Below the pieces are notes generated by a model. That model was not told the DNA's origin. It saw only the letters and a program-made list of their open reading frames with translations, and searched no databases. Below are positions 8,832-17,451 of a stretch of DNA of 20,671 nucleotides, piece after piece (position 1 is the stretch's first letter; each line of letters begins with the position of its first letter). The translations under genes were made by a program, and so were the position numbers. The stretch is from Planctomycetota bacterium (lineage in GTDB: Bacteria; Planctomycetota; GCA-002687715; DRQF01), in assembly GCA_036479435.1 (NCBI GenBank), contig JAZGFI010000121.1, forward strand, positions 1-20,671. The letters run 5' to 3'.

Positions 8832-9703
8832 CTACAGCTGGTTCAACAAGACCAACACGTTATCCGAGAAAAGGTTCGCAAGGGCGAGATCGAAAAGGCC
8901 GTCGCCGTTGAGATCACCAATCGCTATTGACCAAGGACTATTGGTCACCGCAAACGACGTGGCCGCTGCGAAGACACCGCCCCCAATTCCAGCAAGACCG
9001 ACACGCCACTCGGGCCTTGGGCAACGGCAAGATCGAGGAGACCGTCGCCGTTGAGATCACCGATCGCCACTGAACGAGGGCGGCCGCCCACAGAAAACAA
9101 CGTGGCCGCTGCGAAGGCACCACCACCGGTCCCCAGCAAGACCGACACGGTATTCGAGGAAGAGTTCGCGACGGCCAGATCGAGAAATCCGTCACCGTTG
9201 AGATCACCAATCGCCACTGAATAAGGGCTATCGACCGCAGCCAAAAATCCTGGAGACAACAGCCTCATTCTTTCGTCGACCGCATCCGTGATGTAGACAT
9301 CCGGACGGTTAGTAAGGAAGGCCGCACCACCGGGCGGAAACACACAAGCTTGGACGGCGATCAACGTTCTCGCCGGCACACCCAGGCCTGGGGTTCCCGA
9401 TATCGTCGCTACGCCGCGGTCGTCAGAGACTGCGCTTATCACCGCGATAACCGAACTTGGCGCGACCAACACAAATGCTCCTGAGGCGAGTTGGATGCTA
9501 CCTGTTTCAGTCGCGATGATGAAATCCACGATTGCATCTGGAACCGTAGTCACTTCGGCCGATAGCAACTCGCCGCCGACTCCGGTCCCCAAGATCTCCA
9601 AAGCTGTCGTGTTGCCGGGTGGCGCTGGGTGGTTGTAGACCTGCGTCCTTGCGCCGATCGCAAGAAAACCGACGAACAAAAAGAAGCTCGCGACGCGCAT
9701 CAT
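8832..9703 (-). pseudogene. Secreted FG-GAP/VCBS repeat protein with a 1-nt deletion near 8990
   Basis: Signal peptide MMRVASFFLFVGFLAIGA with RBS ggag. Three P.S(V/I)AIGDLNGDG..DLA(V/L)A repeats, spaced 147 and 143 nt. Restoring one G gives a third repeat ending ...NVLVLLNQL* (stop at 8832-8834). Confidence 0.8.
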
Positions 9704-9820
9704 GTGCAATACTCCGCCTGAAACATTTGGTTCGACGACACTACTACTCGAACGACTTACCGTCGAGCGACAACTTCCGAAAACTCTGGATTCGACATCG
9801 GTGGCTCGCTCATTGTCCAT

Positions 9821-9962
9821 TGTTGTTCTCGAAAACTCGAAAGCAGTCACCAAACACGGGTTACACGCCTGAGTTTTCGACACCAATCCACACCCAACCT
9901 CCCGTCTCCCGTCAACGCGCTCCGCTTTTGAAGAAGTTGACCGCGCCATCGCCGAACTCGAA
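9821..9962 (+). mobile_element. Type-B left end plus the degenerate start of its transposase
   Basis: tgttgttctcgaaaactc-gaaagcagtcaccaaacacgggttacacgcctgagttttcgacaccaatccac aligns with the sequences starting at 15197 and 16593. Confidence 0.8.
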
Positions 9963-10004
9963 ATTTGGAGTCGTGGCTTAGAAAATGCCCAGAATTCTCC
10001 CGAC

Positions 10005-10251
10005 TGTTAAACGTAGCACCTCTCAAAACAGAGACACTTCAGAGGCCCTTGGGTCGGTCTCAAGAGTACGAGCCGCGACGCTGCGCTGTGCGGGGCGATT
10101 GGCTTTTCTCGCGGGTTCGCGTGGAGGTTCTTCGCGAACGTGACGGGCGTGTGGCCGGTCGTGGAACGAAGAAAACCGTGGGCTTAGCCACGGTTTTCTG
10201 TTCTCAAGTTTGTGTTTGAGAGTTAGCTCCCCAAACCAGACTCCGGTGCAA
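10005..10251. repeat. Type-C repeat, longest copy
   Basis: 10144-10232 is identical to 12405-12493 (89 bp). About 10005-10140 is similar to about 13825-13960. Confidence 0.85.
10170..10199. terminator. Bidirectional intrinsic-terminator-like hairpin
   Basis: agaaaaccgtgg-gcttag-ccacggttttct: perfect 12-bp stem including A/T runs on both arms. Confidence 0.65.
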
Positions 10252-10365
10252 GCAACCTCTGAGCTAAAAAGTGGGATTTCATTCCCCAAGACTATTTTTC
10301 GCCGCCCACAACACCTTGGCGCTGCTCACCTTGCACAAACATAAACCCCTGGTTAATATTCGTGC

Positions 10366-10932
10366 ATGGGTACCACGACACCAGACTGGGATTCCTTGTA
10401 CCAAGTCGCCGCTTCGCAAGACGGCTACTTCACACCTAAACAGTCACAAAAAGCCGGGTATTCCCCCCAGCTTCTCAACAAGTACATCCACAGCGGAAAG
10501 CTTGTGCACATTCGGCGTGGCGTTTACCGCATCATTCATTTCCCCCCCAGTGATCACGAGGACCTGACCGTCATCTGGCTTTGGAGTCATCGCCAAGGCG
10601 TGTTCAGCCATGAAACTGCGCTGGCGCTGCACGAGCTTTCAGACGTACTCCCCAAAAACATCCACTTGACCTTGCCAAGCCATGACTTCAAAAGGCGACT
10701 GCGTGTTCCGTCTGGAGTTGAACTCCACTTTGGTGACATCAGCGGACACCATCGGCAGTGGTTCGGGTGCGTGCCAATCACGTCACCAGCAAAGGCCCTC
10801 AATGACTGTGCCACCGCCTTCGTCTCGCCAGACCTGCTGTTCCAAGCTGTGGCCGAAGGTCGTGCAAGGGGTCTGTTCAGGCCGCAAGAGATCTCTCCAA
10901 CCAGCCGTTACCTCTCGGAGTTTGATGAGTAG
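10366..10932 (+). CDS. abiEi: Type IV toxin-antitoxin antitoxin, AbiEi family (188 aa)
   Basis: N-terminal wHTH QDGYFT...AG...GKLVHIRRGVYR; GVFSHETALALHELSDVLP...IHLT; ITSPAKALND. Lies 5 nt upstream of the AbiEii-like gene. Confidence 0.88.
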   Translation: MGTTTPDWDSLYQVAASQDGYFTPKQSQKAGYSPQLLNKYIHSGKLVHIRRGVYRIIHFPPSDHEDLTVIWLWSHRQGVFSHETALALHELSDVLPKNIHLTLPSHDFKRRLRVPSGVELHFGDISGHHRQWFGCVPITSPAKALNDCATAFVSPDLLFQAVAEGRARGLFRPQEISPTSRYLSEFDE

Positions 10933-10937
10933 CTAAG

Positions 10938-11843
10938 ATGAGCCAGGAATACGCAAGCCCCGCCGCGTTCAAACAGGCGGTCGAGGCTCGACTCAAGGCT
11001 CGATCCATCGCTCTTGGCGTTGATGTTGCAAGAACGCGACAGCTCCTGGTCTTCGACAGATTCCTTTGCCGGCTTTCGGCATGCCTTGGAGATCGTGTCA
11101 TCCTGAAAGGAGGGCTGGCTCTTGAACTTCGGATCGATCGCGCCAGAACCACCAAGGATGTTGATCTTCGAATGTTGGGCAACCCGGATGAAACACTGAG
11201 TGCGCTGCAGGAAGCTGGTAGGATAGACCTCAACGATTTCCTTCGTTTTGAAATCGAGCCCGACCGCCGTAACCCTGACATCAATGCCGATGGCATGCTC
11301 TACGAAGGGCGTCGTTACCGGGCTCACGCCAACCTCGCTGGCAAAATCTACGGAGCTCATTTCGGGGTAGATGTCGCATTCGCCGAACCCATCTCAGGCG
11401 AGATAGAAGAAGTTGAGAGCAGTCGATTCCTGGACTTTGCCGGCCTCTCAACCTCATCGCTGAGGATCTACCCACTTGAAGCACACATTGCCGAAAAACT
11501 TCACGCACTTACGGTCCCGCGGCGAAGCCCAAACTCTCGAGTCAAGGATCTCCCGGATGTCTGCCTGCTGGCAACCAGTCGGCAGATCGACGCCCAGGCA
11601 CTCAGGGATGTAGTCAAGCAGACTTTTGCGTCAAGAGACACCCATCTTGTTCCAATCGCATTACCATCACCGCCAGAAAACTGGAACAAGATCTACGAAC
11701 GAATGGCAGCAAGCAACCACTTGGCTTGGCCAAGTCTCTCCGACGTGATGAAAGCCGCCAGTTCATTCCTGGACCCGGCTTTGGCGGGGATCAATGGCAC
11801 TTGGATTCCAGAACGGTGGGCTTGGCAATCCGTGCAGAAATAG
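10938..11843 (+). CDS. abiEii: Type IV toxin, AbiEii/AbiGii-family nucleotidyltransferase (301 aa)
   Basis: ILKGGLAL...RTTKDVDL, AEKLHA and NSRVKDLPD motifs. Confidence 0.92.
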   Translation: MSQEYASPAAFKQAVEARLKARSIALGVDVARTRQLLVFDRFLCRLSACLGDRVILKGGLALELRIDRARTTKDVDLRMLGNPDETLSALQEAGRIDLNDFLRFEIEPDRRNPDINADGMLYEGRRYRAHANLAGKIYGAHFGVDVAFAEPISGEIEEVESSRFLDFAGLSTSSLRIYPLEAHIAEKLHALTVPRRSPNSRVKDLPDVCLLATSRQIDAQALRDVVKQTFASRDTHLVPIALPSPPENWNKIYERMAASNHLAWPSLSDVMKAASSFLDPALAGINGTWIPERWAWQSVQK

Positions 11844-11868
11844 CCGAGACCCCAGTGGAAAAATCCGG

Positions 11869-12374
11869 CGTTCCGTGCAAGAACTGAGCCGACCTGTGAA
11901 CCCTTGAGGCCAAACGACCTCCGCCCTGCCCTCTCGACTGATGAAAAACGCCCTCGCGTCCCGCCTTCCCATCATCTCTGCCCTCGCGGGATGGTTAAAC
12001 CGCGAGCAGCTAAGAATCCTCAACTGCCTCAAAGAGGAAAACCAAGTTCTCAAGGAACAGCTCGGCACGAAGAGCCTCCGCTTGACCAACGACCTGCGCC
12101 GCCGCCTCGCCGCCAAGGGTTGGGATATCGGTCGCCGCCTTTTGGGCGAGTACGCGACCGTCGTAATGCCCGACCCCCTACTTCGCTGGCATCGTAAGTT
12201 GATCTCCCAGGAATGGACCAACGCCGCTGGCGGCGGTCGGCCTGGCGCCAACAAGTAGATCGAGGACCTCGGCCTCATATCGGCGCAAACTGTGACGACT
12301 GTTCGCCGGAGGCCCTCCTACGAGATCGCATCCAAACGTCCAAAATGACGTCGGCTGACTTTCTGCACGCTAGG
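11869..12374 (+). mobile_element. Internally deleted type-A IS3/IS481-like element with both ends
   Basis: L_A cgttccgtgcaagaactg-agccgac (11869-). ORF 11941-12258 ...LKEENQVLKEQLG...PDPLLRWHRKLI...GRPG. R_A gactttctgcacgctagg (12357-12374). Confidence 0.88.
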
Positions 12375-12389
12375 GCCTCGCGCAATGAG

Positions 12390-12512
12390 TCTTCGCGAAC
12401 TTGGCGGGCGTGTGGCCGGTCGTGGAACGAAGAAAACCGTGGGCTTAGCCACGGTTTTCTGTTCTCAAGTTTGTGTTTGAGAGTTAGCTCCCCGAACAAG
12501 ACTCCAGTGCAA
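12390..12512. repeat. Type-C repeat, second copy, with hairpin at 12431-12460
   Basis: 89-bp exact identity to 10144-10232, plus similar flanks (tcttcgcgaac; gactccrgtgcaa). Confidence 0.88.
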
Positions 12513-12702
12513 ACGAGCATTGACCGCCGGCGAAACGACCCATCTTACTGCGAGTCCCGTCGACAGAATCCGAAATCGTCGTGCCAGCGGCCGCTGTGGA
12601 CATATTTCGCGGGACGGGGGAAACACAGCCAATCCTTGGCAATCGGGTCGAATCGGGTGTTATCGGGTATCCCCTGGGCCGACAATTGAAAATGAGGTCA
12701 GA

Positions 12703-13749
12703 ATGAAAGAACCCAAAATCACGGTTGGCCAGGACATTCTCAAGCTAGTTTCAGAGCTTGACGAATTCAAAGGCAAGTGGCTTTCACTCAAGACCATGTC
12801 GCCAGATCGTTTGCAGCAACTGCGCAAGGTGGCCACTATCGAAAGCGTGGGGTCTTCCACGCGAATAGAAGGCTCCAAACTAAGCGATGCTCAAGTCGAA
12901 ACGTTGTTGGCCAACCTGCCATCGACCTCCTTCAAAACACGCGATGAACAAGAAGTCGCTGGCTACGCAGAAGCCATGGATTTGGTTTTTCAATCCTATG
13001 AAGACCTGCATCTAACCGAGAATCACCTTCGCCAACTACATCGGATTCTGCTCCGCCACAGCCAAAAAGACGAACGCCATCGCGGCGACTACAAGTCCCT
13101 GCCAAATCACGTCGTCGCTATTGATGCGCAAGGAAACCAAGTCGGAGTCATCTTCGAGACGACCACGCCCTTTGAGACCCCCAGAGAGATGGAGCAATTG
13201 GTCAACTGGGTGGCCAAGTCGATTGACGAGCAATCAATGCACCCCTTGTTGATCATCGCCGTTTTTAACGTCGCGTTCTTAGAGGTGCATCCCTTTCAGG
13301 ATGGCAATGGAAGATTGTCCCGAATCCTAACCACGTTGATGCTACTGCGTGCAGGCTATGACTATGTCCCCTATTCATCGCTTGAAAACGTTGTCGAAGA
13401 AGACAAAGACCTCTATTACCGGGCATTGCGCCGCACGCAGACTACCCTCAAACACGACTCTCCCGACTGGGATCCTTGGATCGGTTTTTTTCTACGTTGC
13501 TTAGCAAAGCAGAAGAACAATCTGGCGACAAAAGTCGGCCAAGGACAGCAGAGGTCAGAATCTGCGTTGCCAACATTGTCTTTGAGAATCTTGGAGCTGC
13601 TGAAGGTGCACGATCGATTAACGATAGCTGAGATCGCCAAGAAGACGGGGGCCAACCGAAATACGCTCAAGGTACGCCTACGAGAACTAGTCAACGATCG
13701 CCACTTGAAACGCCACGGCCAAGCGCGCGCAACGTGGTATAGCCTTTAG
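12703..13749 (+). CDS. Fic-domain protein with C-terminal winged HTH (348 aa)
   Basis: Canonical HPFQDGNGRLSR motif; N-terminal STRIEG inhibitory-type motif (class II Fic); RBS gaggt before the ATG at 12703. Confidence 0.93.
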   Translation: MKEPKITVGQDILKLVSELDEFKGKWLSLKTMSPDRLQQLRKVATIESVGSSTRIEGSKLSDAQVETLLANLPSTSFKTRDEQEVAGYAEAMDLVFQSYEDLHLTENHLRQLHRILLRHSQKDERHRGDYKSLPNHVVAIDAQGNQVGVIFETTTPFETPREMEQLVNWVAKSIDEQSMHPLLIIAVFNVAFLEVHPFQDGNGRLSRILTTLMLLRAGYDYVPYSSLENVVEEDKDLYYRALRRTQTTLKHDSPDWDPWIGFFLRCLAKQKNNLATKVGQGQQRSESALPTLSLRILELLKVHDRLTIAEIAKKTGANRNTLKVRLRELVNDRHLKRHGQARATWYSL

Positions 13750-13824
13750 CTAGCGAGGCAGTCCACGCGAGCCTAGCGCGGATTTCTTGACGAGCTCTCG
13801 CTGCAAATTCAACGATAGGTCCGC

Positions 13825-14057
13825 GTGGTCAACGCGGCCTCGCCAAACTGAGACGCAGCAGAGACTCTCGGGTTGGCCTCGAAAGCTCGAGCCGCGACGT
13901 CGCGCCGTGCGGGGCGATCAACTTTCTCGGGGCGCGGTTCGCGTAAAGCTTCTTGGCGAACCGCGCCTGGCGTCTGATCACAAGCTGCCAAGGCAGAATC
14001 GAGTCGACACCCGACGACGAGTGACTAAGAACGCGTTTGGGGTTTTCGGCAACAACA
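13825..14057 (+). mobile_element. Partial type-C repeat fused to a type-B right end
   Basis: About 13845-13960 aligns with 10027-10140 (gagccgcgacg...gtgcggggcgat...cgcggttcgcgt). 13994-14057 aligns with 8674-8733. R_B gggttttcggcaacaaca (14040-14057). Confidence 0.75.
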
Positions 14058-14091
14058 GGTCATTGGCCACGGCGCTCAGCGCTCCCCATTC

Positions 14092-15012
14092 TTAGGCGAA
14101 TGAATGCCACTTGCTGCTGAACCAACGCCCCGGTTGATGTTCAAAGCGCTGCTTGGCTCGCGGGGAATACCCGGCGTAGTAGGGGAAACATCGCGCCGGG
14201 CAAAAATGTGTCACGAGGCTCTTGCGGGTGGAGTTCGCCAAGGTGATAGGGCTGCCGCCGTGAACCAATTCAGCGTGCCAAAAGAACAAGTCACCTTTTC
14301 GGGCGAGGAAACGTTCTTCTCTAAGTCCTTTTCGTTCACATTGCATGACGAGGTGATTGAGGAATTGTTGATGAGATGCGTCGCCGTCTTTTTTGCGATT
14401 CCAACTGCGTCGCTTGCCATCAAACAAGAATTCCTCGATGCGATGACTGCCGGGCATGTACCGGAGTTCGCCACTTCCTCTTTTTACGTCTTCGAGGGCG
14501 AGCCAACTCGCTACGAACTCCAGCGGCGAATTAACGACGACGTAGGCCGTGTCTTGGTGGAGGTCTTGCACAGACCCTTGGTTGAATGACAAGCCCTGGA
14601 AGGCGAGGGCATCTCCTTCAAAGAGTTCGGTCAAAAACGTCGCCGCTGTTGCCGAAAAAGTCGCTTTTCGAGCGGCCGGTGAATGTGCGTACAGGTCAAG
14701 AAGCTTGTCACCCGGCTGCAGTTCTTGGGAACCCACCTCAAAAGTTATACCTCCCCTTTCGATGAGGCCCGGTGACCCTGGCCGCAGCATGCTGGACATG
14801 TCTTGGAGCACATCGTCACAATCGGCGTGGGATACGGCGTTGGGAAAGCACACGAATCCCTGTTCGCGCCAAGATTGCAGCCAAGGCAACGGCCGGTTCT
14901 GGTTGAGGCTTGATGAGTTTTTGCGATCGGGCCACAGGCCCCCGAAACGGCTGACGAACCCGGGTCGCAGCCGCTCCAAGTCGCGCTTAAGTTGCCAGCG
15001 TTGCAACCACAT
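14092..15012 (-). CDS. Phytanoyl-CoA dioxygenase (PhyH)-family Fe(II)/2-oxoglutarate dioxygenase (306 aa)
   Basis: HQD iron motif, SWLALEDV...SGELRYMPGSHR, KGDLFFWHAELVHGG and RKSLVTH. Confidence 0.9.
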   Translation of the reverse strand: MWLQRWQLKRDLERLRPGFVSRFGGLWPDRKNSSSLNQNRPLPWLQSWREQGFVCFPNAVSHADCDDVLQDMSSMLRPGSPGLIERGGITFEVGSQELQPGDKLLDLYAHSPAARKATFSATAATFLTELFEGDALAFQGLSFNQGSVQDLHQDTAYVVVNSPLEFVASWLALEDVKRGSGELRYMPGSHRIEEFLFDGKRRSWNRKKDGDASHQQFLNHLVMQCERKGLREERFLARKGDLFFWHAELVHGGSPITLANSTRKSLVTHFCPARCFPYYAGYSPRAKQRFEHQPGRWFSSKWHSFA

Positions 15013-15092
15013 GGACGCACTTTAGCATTCAGCACCGCTTTCTGACCAGCGGCTATCGTCGCTGGGATCCTTCATGGCGAATGCCAGTGTCG

Positions 15093-15196
15093 ATGGACCG
15101 CAGGCAATTCCTGCTTGCTTCACTTGCGGCATCGGCAGTTCAATCAACAGGACTGACGGTTGCGGTGGAGCGCGTTGGCCTAGCGATCTGGATGTC
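15093..15196 (+). pseudogene. N-terminal stub of a Tat-exported protein, truncated by a type-B left end
   Basis: MDRRQFLLASLAASAV matches the twin-arginine consensus. The frame runs into the IS end at 15197. Confidence 0.5.
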
Positions 15197-15582
15197 TGAT
15201 CTTCCCGAAAACTCGAGAGCTGTCCCTGATCACGGTTTACACCCTGATATTTCGACACCAATCCACGCTCCATCTCCCGTCAACGACTGTGATCCAACAA
15301 GACGCGCCTAAGCTCAAGATCCTCTCCAAAGCACTTGCGCTTCTCGAAGCCATCGCCGCCGCCGACCGTGCCCGACTCGCAATCGAGAGTGTGGCCCTAC
15401 GTCAGCTGCTCAACGTTCTCCGACCTAGCGTCTTTCGCGCCAACTTTAGCGACAACGACCGCACGTTCTGGGTCCTTCTCTGCAGCCTCTTTGAAAACTG
15501 GAACGATCATTTAGTCATCGTGAAGCCCGAGACGGTCTTCGCCTGGCGCCGCAAGGGCTTTGCCTACCATTGGAAACGAAAG
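15197..15582 (+). mobile_element. Type-B left end plus 5' transposase fragment (no right end)
   Basis: L_B tgatcttcccgaaaactc (15197-15214); DRARLAIESVALRQLLNVLR...DRTFWVLL...LVIVKPETVFAWRRKGFAYHWKRK. Confidence 0.88.
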
Positions 15583-15615
15583 GCCTGTGTGCTTGGACAG
15601 CTCCGCTGGATACAT

Positions 15616-16545
15616 TCACTCTTCGGAGGTCGAGACTTGACAGACGTAATGTAGGCCGCCGCGAATTGTAGCCACCTGGGCATCAATGCAAATCTCGTCC
15701 GTGGCCCTCGGGCTGTCTGGGTAGACCTCGGTGGTCGTGACGAATCTCGCGTTTGTCGCTCCCATGCAAAGGCCGAGAGGACCGGCGTCGTAGTTGATCA
15801 CACCCTCTTGCTCAAGCGGCTCGCCGATAATCTCTCCGTTGATTCCAGGAGCAATGTGAGTCACCTGCTTGACCGATTCGATGATGGCTTTCTGGAATTC
15901 AGGAACAGGTCTAGCGCGGTCGCCGACCGCGTAGAATCCGTCCGGAATCTCCCAGATATCGTGTTGGACCGCATCACGAGCCGCGAGCGCCGGCCTAAAT
16001 TCGCTATTGTCGGTGTCCGTCGTTTCGTGGAGGTCGAAGTGCGCCACGAAGTCGATCTCTGAGATTTCGAGATACCGAATTACGGCCGCCGCTTCTTCAG
16101 ACGGACTGTCCACTTTGAACGATCGATTGGGGTCCACGGACCTGGGATTCCAGCGATTAATCGTCTCATACCCCCAGGGACTCACGCATGGCATGACCAT
16201 GAAGTTGAACTGCTCGGCCAGGTTGTGTGCTTCGACTTGCAAAAAGCGGATCGCGCCCTGGACACCGCTCGTCTCGTAGCCGTGGACGCCGCCCGTGATG
16301 AATACCGAAGGGCGGCTCGGCTCCCAGCTGCGCGACTTCAGGACGAAAAGAGGATAGCGCGCAGGATCGATCGACAACTCGCCGTGAGCCACGACCTCAT
16401 AGTCGGATCGCATTGCGTCGATCTTCGCGACGACCTCGTCGGCATAGCTGCGCTTGACCGACTGTGCGGCGAGCCAGGCGGCCATCTCGTCATTGCCCCA
16501 CGGTGAGCCAAGAGTGCCAATGTGGTAGCGGTCATTCGACTTCAT
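15616..16545 (-). CDS. M14-family zinc metallocarboxypeptidase (succinylglutamate desuccinylase/aspartoacylase-like; 309 aa)
   Basis: GGVHGYE (HxxE), NRWN...DPNRSF, DLHE and TTTEVYPD motifs. Start taken at 16545 (MKSNDRY) because the longer ORF begins inside an IS end. Confidence 0.9.
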   Translation of the reverse strand: MKSNDRYHIGTLGSPWGNDEMAAWLAAQSVKRSYADEVVAKIDAMRSDYEVVAHGELSIDPARYPLFVLKSRSWEPSRPSVFITGGVHGYETSGVQGAIRFLQVEAHNLAEQFNFMVMPCVSPWGYETINRWNPRSVDPNRSFKVDSPSEEAAAVIRYLEISEIDFVAHFDLHETTDTDNSEFRPALAARDAVQHDIWEIPDGFYAVGDRARPVPEFQKAIIESVKQVTHIAPGINGEIIGEPLEQEGVINYDAGPLGLCMGATNARFVTTTEVYPDSPRATDEICIDAQVATIRGGLHYVCQVSTSEE

Positions 16546-16592
16546 CCTGGAAACCCTCGCTCGTGCTTCAGAATACGGTGCCACAATACGGT

Positions 16593-16839
16593 TGCGGTTC
16601 CCGAAAACTCGAGATCCATCCCCAATCACGAGTTACACGGCTGAGTTTTCGACACTAATCGCCACCCTACCTCCCGTCAACGATCGTGATCGGACAAGAT
16701 GCGCGCATGCTCAATGTCCATCGCGACTTTTCGATCTACACGCAGCATCGTCGAATCACGATCAACCGGCTTGTTAGAATCCAAATTCGAACTCGTCAAC
16801 GATCGATTGGGAACTCGCTTTGAGTTTTCGGGAACCAAA
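16593..16839 (+). mobile_element. 247-bp type-B MITE-like element
   Basis: Ends tgcggttcccgaaaactc (16593-16610) and gagttttcgggaaccaaa (16822-16839) contain a perfect 15-bp inverted repeat. The transposase ORF is deleted just after its start. Confidence 0.88.
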
Positions 16840-16842
16840 GAC

Positions 16843-17451
16843 ATGAAATATCTCCACGTTCCGGCCTCCGAACTACCGATACCCGACGACGTGTCGCGCC
16901 TCATCGACGATGCGAGCGCTCGAATCGACAACTTCGTCGCGACCCGTATTGACAACCCTCTCCCCGCGTTCGTTCCCTGCGAATTCACTGCTGTGTATCG
17001 GGTGCTGCGGTCGCTGGCGGCGTCCATGCAGGGAGGCTGCTTCGTCGAATGGGGGGCCGGCTTCGGCGTGGTGGCGACTCTGGCGGCGAAGCTCGGGTTC
17101 GATGCGGGGGGCATCGAGATCCAGCCCGAGCTCGTGGATGCAGCGATTGATCTCGCGACTGACCATGGAGCCAACGTGGCTTTTGCCTGCGGGAGCTTCG
17201 TCCCGCACGATGCGCAAGATCTGATCGACCAAACCGAGTGGCCGAGCTGGCTCGAGGCCGGCGGGCACGATGGTCATGACGAGATAGAGGTCGATCCACG
17301 AGACATCGACCTCGTCTTTGCTTTCCCCTGGCCGGGAGAGTCCCACGTCATCGAGTCCATTTTCGAGCGGGTTTGCTCTCCGGGCGCGCGACTCTTGACC
17401 TGGGGCAGCATCGACGGAGCCTGTTTGGCCCAACTGGGGCATCGGGAATAG
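16843..17451 (+). CDS. Class I SAM-dependent methyltransferase-like protein (202 aa)
   Basis: Motif I FVEWGAGFG, GIEIQPELV, FACGSF and DLVFAFPWPGE. The ATG at 16843 is just outside the MITE. Confidence 0.85.
   Translation: MKYLHVPASELPIPDDVSRLIDDASARIDNFVATRIDNPLPAFVPCEFTAVYRVLRSLAASMQGGCFVEWGAGFGVVATLAAKLGFDAGGIEIQPELVDAAIDLATDHGANVAFACGSFVPHDAQDLIDQTEWPSWLEAGGHDGHDEIEVDPRDIDLVFAFPWPGESHVIESIFERVCSPGARLLTWGSIDGACLAQLGHRE

Noticed and set aside
10130..10251. Type-C repeat as an integron attC site (contains GTTAGC and precedes typical cassette genes)
   Set aside because: No matching RYYYAAC inverse core or end-to-end palindrome. Similarity between copies continues about 25 bp past GTT, where cassettes should diverge. 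No IntI gene in the window.
9965..10289. Small ORFs across the type-C repeat (9965-10219, 10023-10289; also 12275-12520 and 13787-14095)
   Set aside because: Their shared peptides simply reflect the DNA repeat. Starts and ends differ between copies, and the ORFs over the two full copies run through a terminator-like hairpin.
12470..12520. Complete tRNA gene on the minus strand
   Set aside because: Only a degenerate 3'-end-like stretch is present. There is no D-arm or anticodon arm, no intact TTCGA and no CCA.
8945..16842. Long N-terminal extensions in the ORF track (starts at 9949, 12520, 16629, 16699)
   Set aside because: They begin inside IS ends or repeat/intergenic DNA. Internal ATGs with an RBS, signal peptide or family-typical start (9703, 12703, 16545, 16843) are more plausible.
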